NCBI GenBank assembly: GCA_012295275.1
Contig: CM022672.1
Coordinates: 2,232,001-2,296,000 of the forward strand
DNA from: Chrysomallon squamiferum
Lineage: Eukaryota > Animalia > Mollusca
Length of the DNA stretch: 64,000 nucleotides
Direction: 5' to 3'
Under the pieces are notes generated by a model. It did not search any database. It was not told where the DNA came from and saw nothing but the letters and a program-made list of their open reading frames with translations. The first letter of the stretch is position 1, and each line of letters starts with the position of its first letter. Below, piece by piece: positions 15,159 through 28,069 of this stretch. A program made the position numbers and the translations under genes.

Positions 15159-15967
15159 CACTAAACTAATAATTAAAATGTGACATGTACAAACTTTAGA
15201 AAATACAAACCCAAAAGATTATATTAGTACAGTAATGAAATTTTGGTAAAATAAAATAATGCATGAAAATTTATCCTTTGTGTCCACCAGTCATGTTATC
15301 CAATGAATAACTATCATTGTACATTATTTTTCAATGAAACAAAAAATTAATATTAAACCTTGGTTTAAACAAATATTTTTAACATCATCCGAAATGGTTA
15401 TGTCAAGAGTGCTGTAACAAAATGAATCAACTGCTAACTGATGCATCTGTTTAAAACATTCAAACATTTACCAATGAAATAAAAATAAAAACAAAAATAA
15501 TGAATAAAATGATTTTTAAATGAAATGAAATAATCCTATGACACCATTTTCAAAACATGAAAAACATTTGTTAATGTATTTACCTTTAAAACAAGAATAT
15601 TTGAAAATAAATCGTTTCAGACATGTTTTAATTCAAAAGAGTACTATGCAGTTCTAGTACCAAAATAATAATTATTAATCAAAATTTCATACAAAATTAA
15701 TAAATAGCCATATAAAAAAAAAAAAAAAAAGAAATTAAAAAAGAAAGAGCAAACAAATTGTAATTATTAGCTGGTTTACTAATTTACTTAAAACATGGTG
15801 TTTTTTTTTAAAGAGTTACATTATTTGCCTTTCATTTAATTTTTAAAATAAAAACATTAACACACATATAAATAATCCCTTCTGATTCTTTCTTTACCTA
15901 AACTGGTCTGAAATGATAAAACAAAGAAAACATGCCCAATAACTACTGTGACAAAATATTTCTGCAT
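5966..15967 (-). CDS. MELTF: Melanotransferrin-like (two-lobed transferrin family), signal peptide plus C-terminal GPI-type hydrophobic tail, ~762 aa, 14 coding exons
   Basis: Exons 15967-15898 (MQKYFVTVVIGHVFFVLSFQTSL), 14855-14705 (ATRWCVVSDAEEVKC), 13922-13798 (ADLMTLDSG), 13199-13101 (TYFAVAV), 12704-12546 (GTSAGWLYP), 12201-12014 (GFDGAFRCL), 11644-11323 (LLCPDG..LMFSDST), 10649-10403 (VRWCVISQPEKEKC..LDAGDVY), 9965-9850, 8904-8788, 8069-7896 (YYGAAGAFRCL), 7333-7139 (GDVAFIRH..YELLCKDG), 6730-6654, 6215-5966 (..SPQVMVLSILFCLVKLLL*). Phases agree except one extra base at 6684-6686. One intron has a GC donor. Confidence 0.93.
10657..10910. repeat. (AAT/AGT/AGC)n trinucleotide microsatellite abutting a melanotransferrin acceptor
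   Basis: Direct reading; explains the spurious poly-Leu/poly-Asn ORFs. Confidence 0.95.
13955..14186. mobile_element. MITE-like element (hAT-like ends) in a melanotransferrin intron
   Basis: Left end CAGTGGTAGATCTA; right-end reverse complement CAGGGACAAATCTA; internal GGGCCCTGAA occurs twice. Confidence 0.45.
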
Positions 15968-16179
15968 GCTTGAAAAGACGTCCAGTGAATGTATGCACTG
16001 TTAATAATAATGTAAATCAGTCACAGATTTTGGTTTGTATTTTACTTTCTAAAAACATATTTGTATAAAAGAAATAGACAATGTATAATTTGTCTTAACT
16101 ACATAGTTTAAAGCACTGTAACTCATCAGTTTAAAACATAGAGTGGGATGGATGTATCTCTAATCAAGATGCAATGGTT

Positions 16180-16425
16180 ATTGGATTGGTCCCTCATGGT
16201 AGACTCATTACCTTTTTTCTCATTCCAGCCACTGGAGTGAGTCAGGCTGTGATATATTCTATCCTTTCTGTTGTTGATGGTTCATATAAAAAATGTTTTT
16301 GCTGATTATCAGAATGAATAGTCAACTGGGTTTCCTTTCTTGATATCGGAATAGTCTAACATATGATATACCCAAAACCATATTACCATAAATAAAATGT
16401 ATTTTGTGAGCCATTAAATAAATCA
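16180..16425 (+). mobile_element. Degenerate SINE-like interspersed repeat, copy 1
   Basis: Core TATCCTTTCTGTTGTTGATGGTTCATATAAAA and tail AAATAAAATGT..GTG match the reverse complement of 36185-36340. From memory it resembles the Meta-domain SINEs of molluscs. Confidence 0.55.
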
Positions 16426-17001
16426 TTTTGTTCCTTCATACCTCGAAAATTATCACAAATCACTTTCATGACCTTGTTAATTTTTAACACCAAAATCTGT
16501 GACTATGTATGTTTATCATTGCCTCAGTCAAAATAAAACAAAAAATTCCCAAACCAAACAGATCATGCAAACCTTGGGTGAAAAATAAACAAAAGTGTGT
16601 GAATTTTTTAATGTTAAAACATAAACATTTGAACAGATTACACATAAATATTACCTCGGATATTCTCTATCATATTGTCATCAGCTATATACAAGTGAGA
16701 AAATAAAGCAATAGAAACTATTAATGACAACTGTATGATGTTGACGTTGCATGCACATGTAATTGTATTACGTTTTATATCTGTATAAACAGAATTCATC
16801 TACAAATGACCATAGCCACGTTTTAGTACACTGAGTATAATATACTAATGTAATAATAATGATAAATATATTATTAGTAGTAAAGCTTTTAAATGTTAAT
16901 AAACTACGAAATACATTTGTAAGTAACTACATTAGACTGCAAAAATGTAAAAGTTTTGTATTTACCAAAACATATACATTTAGAGAAAAACAGTGTTGGT
17001 G

Positions 17002-17051
<50 letters not shown>

Positions 17052-17830
17052 TGACTTAAGCTAGTTTTAAACAGTATTTTTTTAGACTTGGTGGGAATGA
17101 TGAAGACTTTAATTAAAAACTTGTAGTTATAATTAATATATATTTCATGAAATGACATTTCTGTATAACAAATTAGTATGTAAAGCAAATCATAAAATTA
17201 ATGTGTAGTCATTGTTTGGTGATTCACAGCTAAATCCTAAATAAATCTACAAATGTTGCCAGTTTGTTTCTCAGTATAAACAAGAAAACAGGTTAATTTG
17301 TTTATCATACTTTAAGTTTATGTATCAAGTTCATTAGATCATAATATGATGATTGCTATCAATGGGAGATTCAGATATCACGAACATGATTTTGTTTATG
17401 GTTATATAAAAAACAGTATTGATGACAATTGACAGTTTCAGGAAATAATGGTGCAACAAAATGCGAATTGATTATCATTAAAGGATTAGTGAGAAGGATA
17501 GCTAAATAGTTAAAACTTTAATTTATAATGTAAAATTCAAGAATCAAGAAGTGTCAGTACTGTAGAATTTCCAATCCGTTGAATCTTTTAGTATTTATTA
17601 TGATTTTTTCATTTTATAACGACAGAGATACTCAGATACTGAGATAGGTCTTCATATGGTACAAGCAATAAACTGAATCATTGTAAAAAAAAAATTATTT
17701 GTACACAAATCTCGTGTCTTTTAGCATAGTTACCTCTTTCAGCTGAAATCGTTATTACAAGGGTACAAAATATTAATGCTCGTTTTATCCAAACCATCTC
17801 TGCTGTTTTTCAAAGTTTTACTCAAAATAC

Positions 17831-17880
17831 CTGTCGTTCACTTCCGCCATTTACACACCTGAGCGTTTTTAGCGCATTAA
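17831..17880 (-). promoter_or_regulatory. Probable first 5' exon/core promoter of the melanotransferrin-like gene with YY1/ETS-like motif
   Basis: Minus strand reads AAATGGCGGAAGTGAACGACAG|GTATTT: overlapping YY1-like (AAATGGCGG) and ETS-like (CGGAAGTG) motifs, then a donor. A matching acceptor (TAACAG|) lies at 15998-15999, just upstream of the ATG. Confidence 0.5.
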
Positions 17881-19107
17881 CAAATAGTTCCATTCAAAAC
17901 ACTGTAGTTGTAATTTTATACAAGCTGATAGAAACGTTTGAGATAATTTCAGGTTATTTATTTTTGTATACTGTATAGAGAAAGTATTTTATTTATGTTT
18001 ATAATATTGGAATTGCATTTGAGTATTTGAAACTTGTTTGAACTACACCTGTTGGCGGATTGATACAAAGCGACTGTTACCTGTACATGTCACCGGTGTA
18101 CAGGTAAAACTATTACTGTAATGATATATTTCTTAGCGTCTTTTAAAAAGTAAATACACATCTCTAAGTTGTCTTGAATTTCCTAAAGATAGTCGGAAAG
18201 CTAACATTTAAACAGTTTTAAATTAATGTATTAAAATAATGTTTACAACAAATACATATTAAGTTCCTTTTCTTTTTTTTCTCTCTTCTTTGTTTCAATT
18301 TATTTATTTTTATTTAAAATTTAAAATTTAAAATTTAAAATTTATTTATTAAGTTATTTATTTATTTATTTAATACTGCGTTTATGGTGTTTATTTTTTA
18401 CGTCGCATATATTATTTTTTTGTGTCAATGATAAGCAAAATGCCATTTATGACAAAATAATCAAGATCTAATAGGCTTGACAGTGTTTTTTAATATTCAA
18501 GATATATAGGGGAAAAAACAATAACAACAACAACAAAAAAAAAAAAAAAAAAAAAACAATGAGAGGGGAACAATTTAATACTAATATATCACAGGTCGCA
18601 AAACGAACACAGCATTATCGAGACTGAGTAATACTAAAATACCTTTACGGTGACCTCATTTTAGACATCTATCAACAACGCTAGTCATGCAGCGATTGAT
18701 AATAAAACACTGAAGAACTTTCAGAACTTCATAATGTTATGTGTTTTAACTTATGTATCGATCTTTAATAATTACGGAACAGTGGGAAAAGAATTATTAG
18801 TCGACATGTATAATTGGTTTTAAGGTTAATGTTATTGACGATTGCTATAGGACCTTAATTACTGCTTCTCAATGACAGAGTTATCGACCCAACGTGAAGA
18901 ATTATAACGTCCACATTCGTTTATACTTTCGTTAGGCAGTTCGCTATTAGAGCCTGTCTACTGGAAACTGTTAGTAAAAAAATCATCGATTGTAAAATCT
19001 TGTGTGTTTATTTTATGTTTGTCGTACATAATAGGGCGACTTGGACTGCAGATAAATAAATAAACAAATGACAACAAAAATAACAACAACAATACTACTA
19101 CTACTAA

Positions 19108-19145
<38 letters not shown>

Positions 19146-20357
19146 ATAATAATAATAATAATAAAAAGAAAGAAAAAAGGGAAAGGAGGTATGGATAAAG
19201 TATTGTGTTTTCATGTGCTTTATTTGTCAGTCCACTTATAATACACACTGGTTACGCTATAATTTTTACAACTGACAGGTAGAACGATCGAATCTCGATA
19301 CCGGTTTCAATATAGATCTTTTATTTATATTTTTTTAAATTATAAAACTATTACACGGACCTTTCTCTGTAGTTCTTTTGCATACAGGTCCAAACATTAT
19401 AGGATTTTTAATCATTTCGTCCATACTTCTGAAAGGTTTACGTAAGATGGATGTATATGAATATAAGAGGATATAATCACTTTTCAGATAATCAGCATAA
19501 TAGAATATGCCGTTGGGTGACCTGTCTGAAAATATAGGACTTTCAGCACTTCATATAAAATTATTAATTGTGACAATCAAAATAAAAATTCTCTTCAAGT
19601 CGAAGGATTTATCCTTTAAGGCCAAAGATCTACTTCTGAGGTATATATTAGAACATTCAGTTCACCTTTTGACTGTGTATATATGTGGATAATAACAACA
19701 AAATAAATAAAGCAAATAAATAAAACAAGATAAATAAAATAAATATTAAAACATAATTTAAGAAATAATAATAAAATAAAATGAAAACTATAAGCATTTT
19801 CATTTCTGATATGAATTTATTACTTATTTCAAACCGTAACTGAATAAACAAAACTAACTGACAATACGAAGTAATTACATTTTTATTTCAGTGATAAAAA
19901 TCATCCTTTTTCTTATAAGAACTGATCTGTTCGTATTGAAGTGATGCTCCTTATTAAAAAGTCAAGTGAAATTAACATTGGTCAAAATAATAATCACAAA
20001 ATCTTCGACTGGAATTTGCAGTTATTTGCAGTGATTATTAAACCTCTTCTATAATTAACATGAAGTCAAATAAATACTGGAAATTACCAAGAAGACAAAA
20101 TAATTATTAAACCATTTCCTGGAATTAAGATGACGTCAATACAATCAATAAAACGTCTTCTAATAGACAAAAAGTTGAAGAAATAATTAACACTTTTGCT
20201 CTGATTAACATGTAGTCATCTTTATTATTAAAATCTCTAACTGAATCAATACGTAGTTAACTTATTATTAATAAAACCTCTATTGGAATTAAAATCCAGT
20301 CAAGTTCATTATTAAAATCACAGATATCAAAATTTATTATCTCCGATCTGCAGATAA

Positions 20358-23300
20358 CTATATTGCTTTATTTTCGTCCTGAATGACGTTCTGGGTAGAT
20401 CTTTGAGTAGGGTTTTGATTAGGATCGTGATCTGCACTATGTAAGTCACACACAGGAATGGGCAGTGACTGCAAATCCCGATCTAGCAAGTACTCTCCCA
20501 AATGGTAATCTTTCGAGAAACTCTTCAGCCGGGTGACAAAATCAGCCAGCCTCTTAATCACCATCACCTTTGGCTCTAGAAAGACATCTTCGAGAAAGTT
20601 GGTCAGCTGATAAATAAATGAATGTGTGTTAATAATCTCTGGGTCTGTCTAACGAGAGAATGCTTATTAGATGTATTATTTTGAGAGATAACACAAGCTA
20701 CTCTTTTCAAACATATATATATATGTATAAAATAAAGAACTAACATAATATAAACGGCTTCAGATATTTTCTGCTTATAGAAAACTTGTTAAAATAGCAA
20801 ATTCTTGTCAGTCTAGGACTACTACGTCTTCTACCTACTAGTACTACTATTACTATTTTCTGCTGCTGCTACTACTACTATATTTCTACTGCTACTGTTA
20901 CAACTATTATTATTATCTCTACTCCTACTACTACTACTACTGCTACCACTACTACAATAACTACAATTACAAGTACTGCTTACTTCAACTGTTACTACTA
21001 TTAGTACTTCTACTGCTTTTAATCACTATCTTTACTGCCACTGCTACTACTGCTACTACCACTATCGCTACTGAAACTCAACTACTACTGTAAAACTCAC
21101 ATGTGGATCATATGCCAATGAAGCTGTAACATGCATCTTTAGAATCTTTCTGTTCAGCTCTTTCTCATGTGCCAAACATGCTTCCATTGCCGACAATCCA
21201 TTGTTCCAGTTACTGGTGGGCAGTTTCTATAAAATTAAGTTCAAAGAAAAACCATGAAGCATTTGGAAAGATTCATGGATTAATAGATGACATTACATCT
21301 TAATTTTTTTCATAGTCTAAAGATTTCAAAATATTTAAAATTTACTGTTTTACAGTTTTCTAATAATAATTATCTGTCTGTTTCTCTGTCGTGTGTACGT
21401 ATTTATGTATTAGCCATATGAGTGTTATGTAATTCAGCGGCTAACACATGGCGAGTTCTGTGTAAGAAACAGTAACAGTTTTTAAAATTTGTATTTGCAG
21501 CCTCGTCCTGCTTGTTTCGTTCTTCGACTCCGCGGTTTTCACTGACGTCTGCAAGAATGTGATACACGCGGGCGTCAAGGAGAACTGGGTGTTGGCAGAA
21601 AGCGTGACTGGCGCAGGCGTGCTTCGCAATAGCGTGCTTTCATCCGCACGATAATGTTTTTTCGCACGCTCACTCACTCAAGTCGGGTTTTGACAAAAAT
21701 AAGCGATAAGCGAGCGGTTCTACAATCCCGAGGTTCCTTTTTGATGAACAAGGAGGTCACTGAAGAACATTTTGAAACTTTTATTAACTAGATACTTTTT
21801 TCAAATGATGCAAATACACTTAATCACCGAGCGGAGCTGGGGGGGGGTCAAAGAAATTATGGCGAGGAATCTGGGAACCGTGTAAGCGTGAAAGATATTT
21901 ATATTTTGTATTTTTAAAAATAAAATCTTTGTATAAAAAAAAAAAAAATGAAAAAATGAAATTAAAGAAATGAAATATCGTCAATTTCAGTATGAGGCTT
22001 TTGCCTCAATGTAGTTACGGCCATGACTTTGGCCTTGCTTTGATAAGCCTTTGACAGCGAATATGTTAAGACACTTTTCCCTTGATTTTGGTACTGTCAT
22101 TATGCTGTGTAATCTGTGTTTTTAATGGCATGTTTGTTTAATTAATATAATATAGATTTTTTCTTCGCTAGTGGTGACTCTGTAGTGTCAGGCTTTATAT
22201 AATAATTTTTTGTTTAAATTGGGCATTCATTTAAAAAAACAAACAAAAAAAATGCTTGCTTCATTTTATGAATATCATAATATCAACAAAATCAAGAATA
22301 AAAGAAATAACAAAATCTGAGTATTATTAAATATTTTTACAGGTTTTGTTTTGACCCTCAAAATGGCGGCCAAAAGGTAGAATGGGGACCCGTACTAAAT
22401 TGAAACTATTTTCATGTTGTACACTGTTTTCAGTAACAAAAACTGTTGTTGTAGATCGCTTTATGGCATACAAATAAAACGAACTGAGGATGAACAAATT
22501 TATTCAGCTGGTGTTGTCGTGAGAAATACGATGATAAAAACATAATAACCTGCGAACTTGCAGAGTCACGAACTTGCAGTGTCACAAAATTGCACGACAG
22601 ACCGAGCCTTCTGCTGGTAAAAAAAAAATTATCAATAAAGTAATCAAGTTTTACAGTCCACGAAACATGGAGTTAAAGTGCATTTATTACTAGAAATGGA
22701 AGCACACATATATTAACGACCATCATTTCTGCAAGTACCATGCATGGTCAGTGTCGCACTGAATTAACTGGTGGTTTGTGCTGTGTAACGCTAGCGGTCC
22801 CAAGCTACTGTTTGACAGCGGAGTCCGCCATGATGTGCGCGAAGCAGGCGACCTGAAAAGTATAGTCTCCGTTATTTAGCCGAACAGTTTCGAACTTTTC
22901 AGCTCCGATCTGTTACCAGACAAACAAAGCTGTTTAGGCTAAAGAAAAAGAGGATTCTGTAAACTTAGCTTTTACGTGCTTCTCTAAACACGCTTTTTCT
23001 TAGCCTGACACCGTGTTTTTGAAATGAAAATCACAACAGCTTTCGAATTCAAATAAATGACAGAATGTGTGTATTTCTTTTCTTTTAAAAACACACAAAC
23101 AGAAAACCGTGACGAAAGTGGTTTCTTCGGAGGTATAATGCAGTTCTTAACAGAGCCACAGTTTGAAGCAGAAAACATTTCTTCTTTGCCAAACTTCTTT
23201 AAGAGTCAGGCAGTAAATATGCTTCCTTGTTTTTATCAGCATCGCTGAATGGAGTAAAATGTTATTTATTACTCTCGTTATTCAATGATGAAAATACAGT

Positions 23301-26300
23301 GTTGCAGTTTTCCCAGTTGCTTTTTGTTTTGGTAATACACATCACGCTGGCTAGGTTTTTTTTTTTTTTTTTTTTCTCTCTTTTCATATTTCTTACAAGT
23401 TACAACCGATGCTGAATTGTAATAGTTTTTTGTTAACCCTACGTCTAAAGTGTAAAAGCCGGAATTATTTCACACTTTGAATATTACATATACCACAGAA
23501 AAGTTTCTTTTCAGCGGTAACATGCGAATGTTCGTAAGTAATATAATTTCCATTAGAAAGTTATTCAAATAGTACATATGGATTAAAACAATATGTTTTT
23601 CCAGTATTTATTAGGAAATTCAGTTGTTGGATAAGCAGCAATTACTTTGGTGTAACAAAGTGATGCATATTACCCTACCATGACCCCCCACCCAGGTTAG
23701 AACTCGTCCTCTGACTAAACAGTATAACCTACTGAAATTTTCTTTTGGAATTCAGAAATAAACTGCTTTTACTGCAGAAAAATATTATTAGCAGGCTGGA
23801 CGTGTTAGTTTAAAATTGGCTTCTTTTCCAGTTAGCAAAGAACACCTCGCACGCACACACATAGCGACAAAACGCACACACGCACAAACCATAACTAAAA
23901 ACTTTCAGTAACCTAATTACCCTGATTCTCCCGCGACCGATTTCGTCGGTTAGGATTCAAAAATAAATGATTCCATATTTTATCTTTGTTTTCACAAAAA
24001 CGTAAAAAATTAAACAGCTGTATTTGTTTTCTTGTCTATGATTACATAATACATTTTTGTACGTTAATAAATAATTCAGGCTGTACTCTTTTTTTTTTTT
24101 TTTGATGTTTTATTTATGTAGTGATACCATCATAATAAATCACAGGTCACAATTTGAAATCACAAGTCCCTGTCACAGAGTTCTAAACGCCTTCATCCCC
24201 CTAATCGTGATAACCAGCACCGCAAACACTGACACCACGCTACTGAGCTTTTCGTAAGAATGTATATTTTATACGTTTCCCATTACATACGATACCATAC
24301 CACGTCTAGCAAATATGTTAGGCATTAGAAGATGGAAAATTGAAAATTGGATTTGGACTGCACGATAACCTATAAAACATTCAGAATAATAAATATGGAC
24401 AATGAATAGATAATGGATTTTTTTTTTTTTTTTTTTTTTTAAAGTGACATTACCAAACTACGTCTGAAGCTAATGGCTCCTCCACGTTTGTTGAGATACC
24501 TCATCAGCTTTTGTGCATCGTTCCTTCGATGTTCTGAGAGATGCCGGAAAAATTTAAAGAATCCAGGAAGCGCTACATCAGCTCTTTGGAAATCATAGGC
24601 CTATGGAAAAATAGAACAATAGATTCTAATCATGTGACTGTATGTCTTATGTGCTATTATATCATTATTTACTAATAATTAATCATCATCATCATTATTA
24701 ATATTATTAAAACACACACACAACACACACACACACACACACACATCCACCCAGACACACAAAACACCTAGACACACACAAAGACACACTCACTAAAATC
24801 GTTCTATTCTGCCTCCCTTTTTTTGTGATCCGCTTGGACTATCCCCACTTAATGTTGTGATTACGTATCAGCCATTGTTTAAAGCTTGTAACCGTCTGAA
24901 CTTGAGACGCTGATAACTGGATATCAACCGTATGGCTCGATAATTGCATGCACCTGCTTACCATGTTCATATAAAAGAGATCGTCAACAAAGTGAGCGTG
25001 TATCAAATAATTCAGCTGTGAAATGGTAGTCTGTGAGAAATTCATCTTAACAAACTCCACGTCTTCATTTGGTACAAAAGCTGAAATAAATTTTTGAAAA
25101 TAATGTGTTTCATTTGTTACAAAAGCTGAAATAAAATTTTGAAAATAATGTGTTTCATTTGTTACAAAAGCTGAAATAAATTTTTGAAAATAATGTTTGT
25201 CATTTGGTACAAAAGCTGAAATAAATTTTTGAAAATAATGTGTTTCATTTGTTACAAAAGCTGAAATAAATTTTTGAAAATAATGTGTCTCATTTGTTAC
25301 AAAAGCTGAAATAAATTTTTGAAAATAATGTCTCTCATGGTAATTCATGTTAATAACAGAGCTTTAGGAAAATGAAAGAATATCAATTGAACCTGAAGTG
25401 CTTTGTGTTCAGAGCACAGGAGATTTTGATCGACTCTTAAAATATGTTTGCGTGAATATGCCTGTCTTGTATTATTAATGACCTACATATCAACAACTTC
25501 ACGCTAAAATATGTTTGTATGAATATGTGTGCTGATGTATTACCTTGACTTGTATTCAGTTTTTCAGCTAGAATGATTTGAAATTATGATCAATTTTTTT
25601 TTGACTGTGGGTAGGAAAACGTATGCTTTGCATCTGAAGTGTTAATTTTTCACAAATGCTATTCAGTTCAACTGTTATTTTGCATTAAATCAAATACTTT
25701 GGCTTGTAACCGATGATAATGGACGATTAGGAGATTAGTCAAATTTCGTAATTTTGTTATTTGAAATATTTTCAACCACTATGTTTAACACTGATCATCA
25801 TCATCATCGTTATTGTTATTGAACTGATTAATATTTTGTTTCATATTAATTTGAAATCTTGCAGAATAATATTTTAAAATATTTCCGTCCCTTCTACCAC
25901 CACAACATACTTTCAGCTATAAAAACAAATGAATTTTCATCAAATAGTAGTAAAAATTTACATTTTCATTAATTAGTCAGTTATTTCGTTTATAATCTGT
26001 AAGCATTTTGTTTTAAAAGTTATGAGTACTTTCTGAAGATCAAAAACAGCAACACCTACCTCGTTGTCATCATAACAGATATGGATAACTACATAAATAT
26101 ATTATATATAGTTCAGGCACTGGACAAATAAGCTGCTATCCTTTGCATATGTATGTCCAGGTTAGAAGAGAATGGATTTTGGACGTTAAGTATATAACTT
26201 AAAGGTGACTTTGGGAATTTTGCTGAAGCTGCATAATGAATATTAAATGTTAAAATTCTGAATGCTAAAACCTCTTTGGTGTTGAATTATTATTACTAGG

Positions 26301-26826
26301 AAACGCTATGACTTTAAAAATGTTGGTATATATATTCTAGATAGTTTTATACTTTTATTTTGTTTTTTGCTTCTTCTACCGTTATTCCTCCTTATATCCT
26401 GCTCGCATTACTTTTCCTACTGATTCTACTGATACTGCCTACACGACGACCACCAAAACCACCATCACCACTACTGCTACTGATATTACTGCAATCAAGG
26501 AAGTATTTCAGTATTTCTACAGAAATAAATGTTTCTAACAATGATTATGATGACAGTAAAAAAAAAAAAATTGTAATAATAATAATAGCAACAGTAACAA
26601 TATAATAATGATAATAAAATAATAACAACAATAACAATAATTTTAATAAAAAAGTTGCAGCAGCAGTAGCAACAGCAACAACAAATAATAATAAAGAAAA
26701 TAAGATATATAAATTCATACCGGTGACCACTTCAGGTCCATCGCTTTGCATAGCATCTTCTCCGAAGTTGTGAGTTACAACAAAAGCTAAAAGGGCGACA
26801 AGCAGGCCTATTCTCCAGTCGACCAT
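20358..26826 (-). CDS. Secreted ferritin-like subunit (signal peptide, degenerate ferroxidase centre, C-terminal extension), 248 aa minimal form, 5 exons
   Basis: Exons 26826-26721 (MVDWRIGLLVALLAFVVTHNFG..), 25080-24962 (FVKMNFSQTTISQLNYLIHAHFVDDLFYMNM), 24600-24454 (AYDFQRADVALPGFFKFFRHLSEHRRNDAQKLMRYLNKRGG), 21226-21101 (WNNGLSAMEACLAHEKELNRKILKMH..DPH), 20606-20358 (LTNFLEDVFLEPKVMVIKRLADFVTRLK..LGEYLLDR). All introns GT-AG, phases 1/0/0/0, 747 nt open. Matches ferritin motifs DVALPGF..KLM..NKRGG, GL.AM...L..EK..N, DPHL..FLE and LGEY.FD. Confidence 0.92.
25065..25336. repeat. 45-bp minisatellite, 6 copies, spanning the ferritin intron1/exon2 junction
   Basis: Unit CATTTGTTACAAAAGCTGAAATAAATTTTTGAAAATAATGTGTTT. 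CTG recurs at 25081, 25126, 25171, 25216, 25261 and 25306 (period 45). Confidence 0.95.
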
Positions 26827-27308
26827 GTTGATTATGTGTGAAGGATATTAACTACAGATAACAATGCAGTTACGCATGTGTAAAGTCCAGTACATCGGCA
26901 GACATACGTACAGTCATTGGATATTAAAATTGTGTTATCGCAATTTGGGTGAGAGGTATTGCGTACTTTTGTAATAAATCACGTTTGCATCTTTCACTAG
27001 AAAAAAAACAACAAAAAAGAAACCCCGCTAATAATAGTGAATTCTCAAACTACCTTTTTTTATGTAATTTCCACATTAAAAATTATTTATAACGTATGTG
27101 TTTAAATGTGTGATTATATCACCTCACAAACATGGCAGTGCCCCCAAAATGGAACTGTCATTTAAATATACACATAGAGAAGAATTCGCTTACCAAAGAC
27201 GCTGTTAAGTCTGGATGGGTAGTAAGCACAGTTAGGCCACCATAGAAGATAAACCTGCGACGACTTACGCTTTAGTCAAACGAACTATAATTGCAGGTCT
27301 ATATATCA

Positions 27309-28069
27309 CAATGGTACCTTGAATTACAAGTGCTCCAACTTACGAGTAGTCGGCCGGCGGTGATTTGCTTTGAGTTGCGAGCAAAAATCCGAGTTACGAG
27401 CGAGCTTCAGATACACCGCCACTAGTTGGCGCAACGAACAACAGAACATCCGGACAGCATCCCGCGTCTCACTCCTTTGCTTGACGTGGTTATCTCGCCA
27501 TGAAAGCATCTCCGTTGTGTTGTGCTCGCATTTTGTTCAGTATTTTGCCAAATTTCCATGGATTCTAACAAAGTGAGTGCAAAGAACAGTGCTGAGAAGA
27601 AGAAGCGGATGATGTCCATTGAATTAAAACATGAAATCATAGAAAAACATGAGCGAGGTGTGTGTGTAATCAGCAGTCTCCTTTTACGATATGTACCATA
27701 CTGAAGCAGGAGTCGATAAAGGCTATAACTCCAGCCAAAGGCGTTAAAATAATTTCTAAGCTGCGGACCTCTGACCTTGAAAAGATAATTTGATGTGCTG
27801 CTGGACATTTCTGGCACTTTACACTTTACAAAACACAATTTATTTCTTTACATTCCCTTTTATTTTGTTTTTATACAATATTTGTCATTTATATATATAT
27901 TTTTCTTTTTTAAAAATGTTACAAAAAACTGGGGTGGTTTTGGGGTGGCTGGAACAGATTAATGGTATTTCAGTTAGATTCATTTGGGAAAACTGATTTG
28001 ATATACGAGCAAATTGAGTTACGAATTCGGTCACGGAACGAATTAAACTCGTAAGTCAAGGTGATCATT
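27309..28069 (+). mobile_element. Internally deleted Tigger/pogo (Tc1-mariner superfamily) DNA transposon
   Basis: Imperfect TIRs: GGTACCTTGAATTACAAG near 27313 and CTCGTAAGTCAAGGT at 28048-28062. The internal peptide MDSNKVSAKNSAEKKKRMMSIELKHEIIEKHERGV (27558-27660) resembles the CENP-B/Tigger N-terminal HTH. No DDE domain remains. Confidence 0.8.

Noticed and set aside
15985-16000. Iron-responsive element (CAGUGC formed at the melanotransferrin 5'UTR splice junction)
   Set aside because: The flanking bases do not form the required 5-bp upper stem with bulged C.
25065-25336. CRISPR-like array
   Set aside because: Repeats are contiguous with no unique spacers, the context is a eukaryotic intron/exon junction, and no cas genes are present.
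24839-25348. Standalone 169-aa repeat ORF
   Set aside because: It is ferritin exon 2 plus the minisatellite and intron read-through.
26060-26228. Extra exon in ferritin intron 1 (plausible acceptor and donor)
   Set aside because: Contains in-frame stops, is 169 nt long, has no ferritin similarity, and the gene is complete without it. A poison exon cannot be excluded.
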